Shown here one piece after another: positions 45,101-48,321 of a stretch of DNA of 48,321 nucleotides. The translations under genes were made by a program, and so were the position numbers. The DNA is taken from the IMG/VR virus record IMGVR_UViG_3300002460_000006, positions 1 through 48,321 of that record. One strand, given 5' to 3'. Position 1 is the stretch's first letter; every line of letters starts with the position of its first letter. This DNA comes from a virus. Under the pieces are notes generated by a model. The model was not told the DNA's origin. It ran no database searches and saw only the letters and a program-made list of their open reading frames with translations.

Positions 45101-45332
45101 TTACGTCCTCTTTCACTAAAGCGGCGTGTTCTTCAGACGAGGCCATGAACCTAGCTACACTAGGTGAAGCCTCGCTCGGTGCATCGATGGAGTCCACGAG
45201 AGGCTGAAAGGTCTCGCGATCTTTCTTGAAAACATCAGCACCAACGTCCAGGAAGTTGGCCCCTTCTATGTTCTTGGCAGCTTCCTCAGGTGTTGATTTC
45301 GCAAAAGGTAGGATATCTTCTATATTTGACAC
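39171..45332 (-). CDS. Giant internal virion / ejection protein (2053 aa) with a C-terminal lytic transglycosylase motif.
   Basis: GTG start. C-terminal LESDGKWYARNPNSTAAGLYQFTQGTW fits the SLT pattern ES...AxGLxQ. Gly-zipper hydrophobic stretch GAGVGVVAGSPGGPVGAITGAAAVGVPALGAAVAATG. Position equals T7 gp16. Confidence 0.75.
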   Translation of the reverse strand: MSNIEDILPFAKSTPEEAAKNIEGANFLDVGADVFKKDRETFQPLVDSIDAPSEASPSVARFMASSEEHAALVKEDVKPLSYIESLSKSWGSKLKGVDLNRDINELAYEKMEFPEKWNEDKEMDLQILNDERLRASQETYGITGGFETIPGELFSAGKDFGQFIGRNYKEIATLSLAGAGVGVVAGSPGGPVGAITGAAAVGVPALGAAVAATGVLDGYKQQSASMYNELSNAVNEDGTPLTIDDDTKRNISRGVGVLSGLIAGGVTKYVSRSIPYLDKYTNPATFVKQFVLSPKGEAFRFAVLNIGKAVTAGGGGAGLTEMVKILGEEIGGTFNQETSEASLVNGVINFSNNLNKHTNRIAQATKEGGLAAGALSTAGNIISAKVTRDRFGSVIERDVTPGDSKSIPIGPDKPLLPGGGKAKGPLWQEDSIVPRKSDIVAERPAGGDGKKLGPYTPEQQQIDVLEAQDVITHISDVTKKTKAHQVAKDQVSQIRKEALDKAGIKDIYFDKEDLQIMATDEKVGAALRNMIDPSEATASQYTQQVRVDAHKFADVVDDYPTLSEYMKLNPEGPKPGSAKEFLQKMNEAQAKKQELTEQLNAPDATPESKLALQEALDVPQPENNIYSEQDFYNQPTFTDLIRQSIPEAEVKNFDDKVKAARQLIIENIDETAQYEMDQVKTEAIEEATQVEFETQRDRLKDNPNLLIVDKFANYERVPKAKKAPYLNETRYPKDTVASDLTAAHHKKGYSPFAIDPRQLPEDLQHYLNDPVLKDSKVFVKGGVSPDASARMVGVGSGKLLLQILSQTPQRKRQVKAAVDKRSEEIQYLVDESVDLNELAISKAYNAKVVNDLVQMKFMKDHEWPTTKGSIKRIALPLPTIPELVARAEGIVGQIPVKHLKPNLFKVAEKKNLRLAVTAWTKGDFETAFVNKETEALNSLLVKESQVKTGSVNRAIKNFKNFNGPKIRAVFKEAGGTIEKAYIEIMDTFHLSKSLKDTSEQGAYNKYVKKMVQEGNGDVSIPAELSDPKTSVQDLTVNQVLVIQDRLKGLFHQARLKNKLLSNQKKRKEERTIEQITQDVHEKAVLHPDYDPKRVLNPQGAPNPFRVLDKVLKHGEALISNVEHTVLNLDQGVIGGLFNQAIVQPIKGVGEYSDQGFAYKGEMVGQVRDQFVKVIDKTLGQKEFKKMSVKDIFVKEFENYPVLSSGRMRESDLFMMMLNGGNEGNVEARKNYGVPEEVLTQVFDKYLTPKHADLVQGIFDIYESLWPKVAALEKLHKGVTPEKVAAKPWVFQDKVRPGGYFPIIYTDGSDVLQTIKDTLKTFELFTSEDKLPEFQFAEGMTKQGHLKARTGSTRVVSTSMSGIALGFEQLIHDLAMRTPIRDALKLLKSEQFSRDIIAIAGEPAYKMIVSNIIDTASSVEIGNIKAFSESNNFVMKIINGAQSAHAVTVLVGNVASIAIQSASLPFALEKMGPNGLKHIGKILDILATNIDDYADLAEIAAEINPAIRDNMSGVDENTQGTLIKLLGKKRVFTSTDPIKRAQEFITLVGFQGLATVDSMQKFVVTLAGYSQFMAGEAPGWSLDAVTKMDPETRVNRAKGFASSLARLTLTSGDSMDRAAVQKLPATKLLIPFWNDARNSLNNSIYAVRKARQQSILALRALSGGGGGDDGGDGGGTSGTTDGAQDPKGRDYRKAYMHGKSAASAAVAFLVTAVLYKLIVATVRGDGPIDMEDITTEDGRAKMGSKTLSFLKEAPTFGIDRFTENTPVVRDIVYAAFNPYNDRDFKPAGIVATSMTSDSATSLSALREMLVYQNYKHGLSERQLKSSLSTLSYLVGGLPVNAGFKFYKFAKKPVANFIESDVQALSNEIKQYVKNNEGESDIDEEFMEQLKQLDVEINPNRQPTPIPDGAMETIKKLESDGKWYARNPNSTAAGLYQFTQGTWNAIMNEAPELELTENGRVSKDTSQQEKAMKWFTERNMEQLEGEGLPINTESIYSAHFLGIDAAVKVLSAEGDVKLKSLVGKGVLEANGFKNSMKVKDFKSWVKSKVSSAEGA

Positions 45333-45336
45333 GGGG

Positions 45337-47100
45337 TTATTTTCCTTTAAGTTTCATTTGGATAAAGGCTTTAAGTTCGTCAGTCTTCCCTTTAGCACTA
45401 TATCCTTTTTCCTTCTCGAACTCTCTAGCGAAGCTCACTCTCTCCGCCATCGATAAGTTGCTGAAGTCTTTAGTCGCAGCAGGTGAACCAGTAGGGGTGG
45501 CTTTAGGGGTCGAGCCACCATCGAAAGTTTTAGGTTTAGTAGAGCTCGTCCCTTTAAATAAGGCTTTTGACTTTTTAGTCAGGGCGAACTCGTGGACCCA
45601 CTGATATTGTTTATCAACGCTCATCCCTGGTGGGAAGTCGTTCATAGCTAACACCATCTCTCTGCGGGCATTGTTTATGAGGATTTGGTTCTCGTCGTCA
45701 TACTTGCCGTATCTATTGTGTTCCACGTAACCAACAGCTAAAAGCTCGTCGTTTAGAGCTTTACCCATATTACGTACCGTTGAGTACTCTTGAGATAGAC
45801 TTGGAGTATTGGCCTTCTTATACTCTGACTCAAATGAGGTTCGGTCCTTCTTATTGAGCCCAGTCATCAATTCCTGAAAATCCAAGGGAGATAGATCTGT
45901 GAACTCGCCTGCGAACAACTTCGTATAGGCTTCGTTGACATCCTTCTCGTTGGATTTAGGAGGGTTCTCTAGTCTAGCCTTAATGGCTGCGAACTGTTTA
46001 GCGTCTGTCACCAAAGGTATGAGTTTACCGGCTACAGGGTCCGCTTCTAGTTCTGCGAAATTATGAAATTTACCGGCACTTTTTTCGATGATATTTAAAA
46101 GTTCGTTCGCATTTGTGGCCGAAGCGTTCTTTCGAGTGCGGGCGATTCTCTGGTCGTGACCGTCTTTGAGTTGCAGTACCTTCTCTTTTTGCTTCGGTGA
46201 AAGGTCTGACTCCTCGATAGCGTTAATAGCCTTATCGCCCTCGAATCGTTTAATTTTATCGAAAACGGCGTACACAGTTTGGTCTTCTATGGCCTTCTGA
46301 GATTTAGCCATCAACGAGGCTTTATCTGAAGGGTCGATATACTTCCCGTATTTCTCCATAACAGACTGAGCGGCATCGGTTTGACCAGACACACTCAGGT
46401 TTAAAATGGCTTGAGATAAACCCTTAGAGAGATCTTCTTTAATAGCCAAATCAAGGGAGGGGTTTCTGTCCCAAGTACCGTCTTCTTTTTTCTTGGCAAG
46501 TCCGTACTTCTCGGCAGACGTGAACCTAAGATCCATGATCTCACCGATTAGATTACCAATTGGGATCAAGGTGTCAGGGTTCTTAGGATCGACTCTCGTA
46601 CTGGCATCAATCATACCAGATTGGGCCACTTTGACTAAATTACCCGTGAGCTTGGTGTCGTAGTCGTAGGCCTGCTTCCCTTGGGCGACAGTACGTCTAG
46701 CGTGAAACTTTCCGTCCACCTCGTCTAACTTCGCACTGACTTGTTCACGATACCTTTCAGGTACATCAGTCAATGATTCCAGAAGTTTCTGCTTACCTTC
46801 CTGGTTCTTGACGTCTAATTCATTGTAGACAAGCGTTGGATCACCTTGCTGCCTCTGCGCTTGATCTAAATTGTTTTCAAGCTCCGCGTATCTTTGGTAG
46901 GACTTCTCCTTAACCAAAGTATCTATGGCGTACTCTTCTTCCTTGTTGAAGTAATCGACTCCGGTTTCCACTAACTGCTCTGCGGCCTTCGCTTGTGGAG
47001 CAACCGCCCTATTGAGATCAGGAGCTTTCACGTCGACACGACCCACAGAAGGGGCGTCGGGAGAGGACATTCGCTTTAATGTAGGTATCTGAATTGCCAT
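45337..47100 (-). CDS. Internal virion protein (gp15-like by position).
   Basis: 587 aa with AAGGAAA RBS. Helical, charged composition. Confidence 0.55.
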   Translation of the reverse strand: MAIQIPTLKRMSSPDAPSVGRVDVKAPDLNRAVAPQAKAAEQLVETGVDYFNKEEEYAIDTLVKEKSYQRYAELENNLDQAQRQQGDPTLVYNELDVKNQEGKQKLLESLTDVPERYREQVSAKLDEVDGKFHARRTVAQGKQAYDYDTKLTGNLVKVAQSGMIDASTRVDPKNPDTLIPIGNLIGEIMDLRFTSAEKYGLAKKKEDGTWDRNPSLDLAIKEDLSKGLSQAILNLSVSGQTDAAQSVMEKYGKYIDPSDKASLMAKSQKAIEDQTVYAVFDKIKRFEGDKAINAIEESDLSPKQKEKVLQLKDGHDQRIARTRKNASATNANELLNIIEKSAGKFHNFAELEADPVAGKLIPLVTDAKQFAAIKARLENPPKSNEKDVNEAYTKLFAGEFTDLSPLDFQELMTGLNKKDRTSFESEYKKANTPSLSQEYSTVRNMGKALNDELLAVGYVEHNRYGKYDDENQILINNARREMVLAMNDFPPGMSVDKQYQWVHEFALTKKSKALFKGTSSTKPKTFDGGSTPKATPTGSPAATKDFSNLSMAERVSFAREFEKEKGYSAKGKTDELKAFIQMKLKGK

Positions 47101-47102
47101 TG

Positions 47103-47588
47103 TTATTTCCTTATGAAGTAGCCACCAACTGTTTTACCAGCACCCAAAACCGCAGCCCCTTGAGTTGCGGCGGCTTGAACGGAAGCGGCCCCTTTATTCA
47201 TGGTCCCTTGAAGTCTAATGTCACGAGCCTCTCTTTTATACCCTAAGGCTTTGGCGTGGGCTTGGTTCTTGATATCTAAGGTGTTTAAAAACCCCGTCAA
47301 CCGAGTTTCCTTCTGTCTCTCACTGGCTGTACCAAAGGTAATGTCTACACCTTGTGAAGTGTAGGCTACAGCTTGATCGGCTAGAGTTTGGTCGATGACG
47401 CTTTGGTATTCCGCCGCATCTGAAAAGCCTTCCATCTCCGCGCGAGAGGCGTCAAGTTCAGCAAATTCAGCGTTCATTTCGCTGATTTGACTAGAGATCT
47501 CTGCATGTTTACGAATCATGTCAGCTTGTTGAAAGCCTGAAATTAGTTCAAACCCGGCCAGGGCTCCGACTGCATAAGGGTTAGGCAT
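47103..47588 (-). CDS. Small internal virion protein (gp13/gp14-like by position).
   Basis: 161 aa with AGGAG RBS, directly after the nozzle gene. Confidence 0.5.
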   Translation of the reverse strand: MPNPYAVGALAGFELISGFQQADMIRKHAEISSQISEMNAEFAELDASRAEMEGFSDAAEYQSVIDQTLADQAVAYTSQGVDITFGTASERQKETRLTGFLNTLDIKNQAHAKALGYKREARDIRLQGTMNKGAASVQAAATQGAAVLGAGKTVGGYFIRK

Positions 47589-47590
47589 TG

Positions 47591-48321
47591 TTAACTCCTG
47601 TGAATTTCTAAATCAGGAATCAGTGACAGAATCTCCAAAGGTAGAGGGTCCACTTGTCGGATACACACTCGTCCGTGGGATTGCCAATCTCCAGGGATAT
47701 CGAACGTCATTCGACGAGTATAGGGTTTCTGACACGCGTTCCCGATCATGTCCGTTAAGTCTCCATCATCATCGAGTCGAGTCTCGGGGTCAACCATATC
47801 GATATTAGTGTCGTCTGGACCAAAAGAAGAGGAAATATAACCACCTCTAGAGTCATGAACTTTCAGGTGAATCCTGGAAGCCAGTACCGATTCTATAAGG
47901 GTTGGCTTCTGTTCTACAGTGTCCACGTCTAGAGTTTCGATATCACACACGTAAGGTAGACCTACTTGGACTATCGCCGAGTTGGCGTAGGTGTCGGGGA
48001 TGGTAAGGGAGCCGCTCTCAACCATTAAGATGTCCAAATCATCGATTTCATTAAAAGGTGAACTGACCACATAGCCATCGGCTAACACCGATACATGAAG
48101 TCCGTCTAAGTGATCCAATCCCGTAAGGGTCGTATAGGTAGTATATAATTCGGTGAAATCCGTAGCTTCAGCCAAAGGGAAAAGAACGTCAGGTGTCACG
48201 ACAAGGCTTGTGGCGCTCTCAACGGTATCAACCGTGAGGTTGACGGCAGCCCCATCGGATTCAAAGAATTTAAGAACATCTCCCGCCAATACTGCGGAGA
48301 AGGTGCCGGCCGTCGTAGTAG
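47591..48321 (-). CDS. C-terminal part of the same nozzle-like protein. 48227..48321 duplicates 1..95. The track's TTG 'start' at 48289 is an internal Leu codon.
   Basis: The frame stays open to the right edge, and its sequence continues the 1..2046 frame. Confidence 0.8.
   Translation of the reverse strand, partial: TTTAGTFSAVLAGDVLKFFESDGAAVNLTVDTVESATSLVVTPDVLFPLAEATDFTELYTTYTTLTGLDHLDGLHVSVLADGYVVSSPFNEIDDLDILMVESGSLTIPDTYANSAIVQVGLPYVCDIETLDVDTVEQKPTLIESVLASRIHLKVHDSRGGYISSSFGPDDTNIDMVDPETRLDDDGDLTDMIGNACQKPYTRRMTFDIPGDWQSHGRVCIRQVDPLPLEILSLIPDLEIHRS
48227..48321. repeat. Right copy of the 95-bp terminal direct repeat.
   Basis: Identical to 1..95. Confidence 0.9.

Overview
The window is a complete, circularly closed genome of a tailed phage with podovirus-type organisation, about 48.2 kb. 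Bases 1..95 are repeated exactly at 48227..48321, so the unique length is 48226 bp. The junction lies inside a large virion gene.

Gene layout:
- One very long leftward late operon runs 11908 -> 1, wraps to 48226, and ends at 33395. Its order is terS, HExxH protein, terL, GNAT-like protein, portal, scaffold, major capsid, adaptor, nozzle, internal/ejection proteins (including a 2053-aa protein with a C-terminal lytic transglycosylase motif), two fibre proteins, and an envelope/lysis-type cassette. The virion gene order resembles T7 gp8-gp17.
- A rightward early block runs 12736..16450. It includes a truncated DnaN/beta-clamp-like protein and an XRE HTH.
- A divergent replication module has helicase, VRR-NUC, a free-standing HNH endonuclease and Prim-Pol/helicase leftward (21226 -> 16568). 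Rightward (21345..26373) it has a PD-(D/E)xK nuclease, an SSB-like protein and a DNA polymerase.
- About 25 small rightward genes follow (26366..31610), then an amidase-LuxR pair.

I found no phage RNA polymerase, integrase, tRNA, CRISPR array or reverse transcriptase.

Most unusual signals:
1. A phased ~30-bp array of a CACAYTGTKG motif, plus an AT-flanked long hairpin and a near-consensus sigma70 promoter, in the 0.8-kb early/late control region.
2. A 230-nt ORF-free, strongly structured island at 27.4-27.65 kb.
3. Three large fibre-like proteins with Sec-type signal peptides. One shares an ~85-aa domain with the nozzle protein.
4. Five lipobox proteins and two TM/lipoprotein gene pairs beside three different cell-wall hydrolase types.

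All family assignments rest on motifs read by eye and recalled family signatures. No database search was run.
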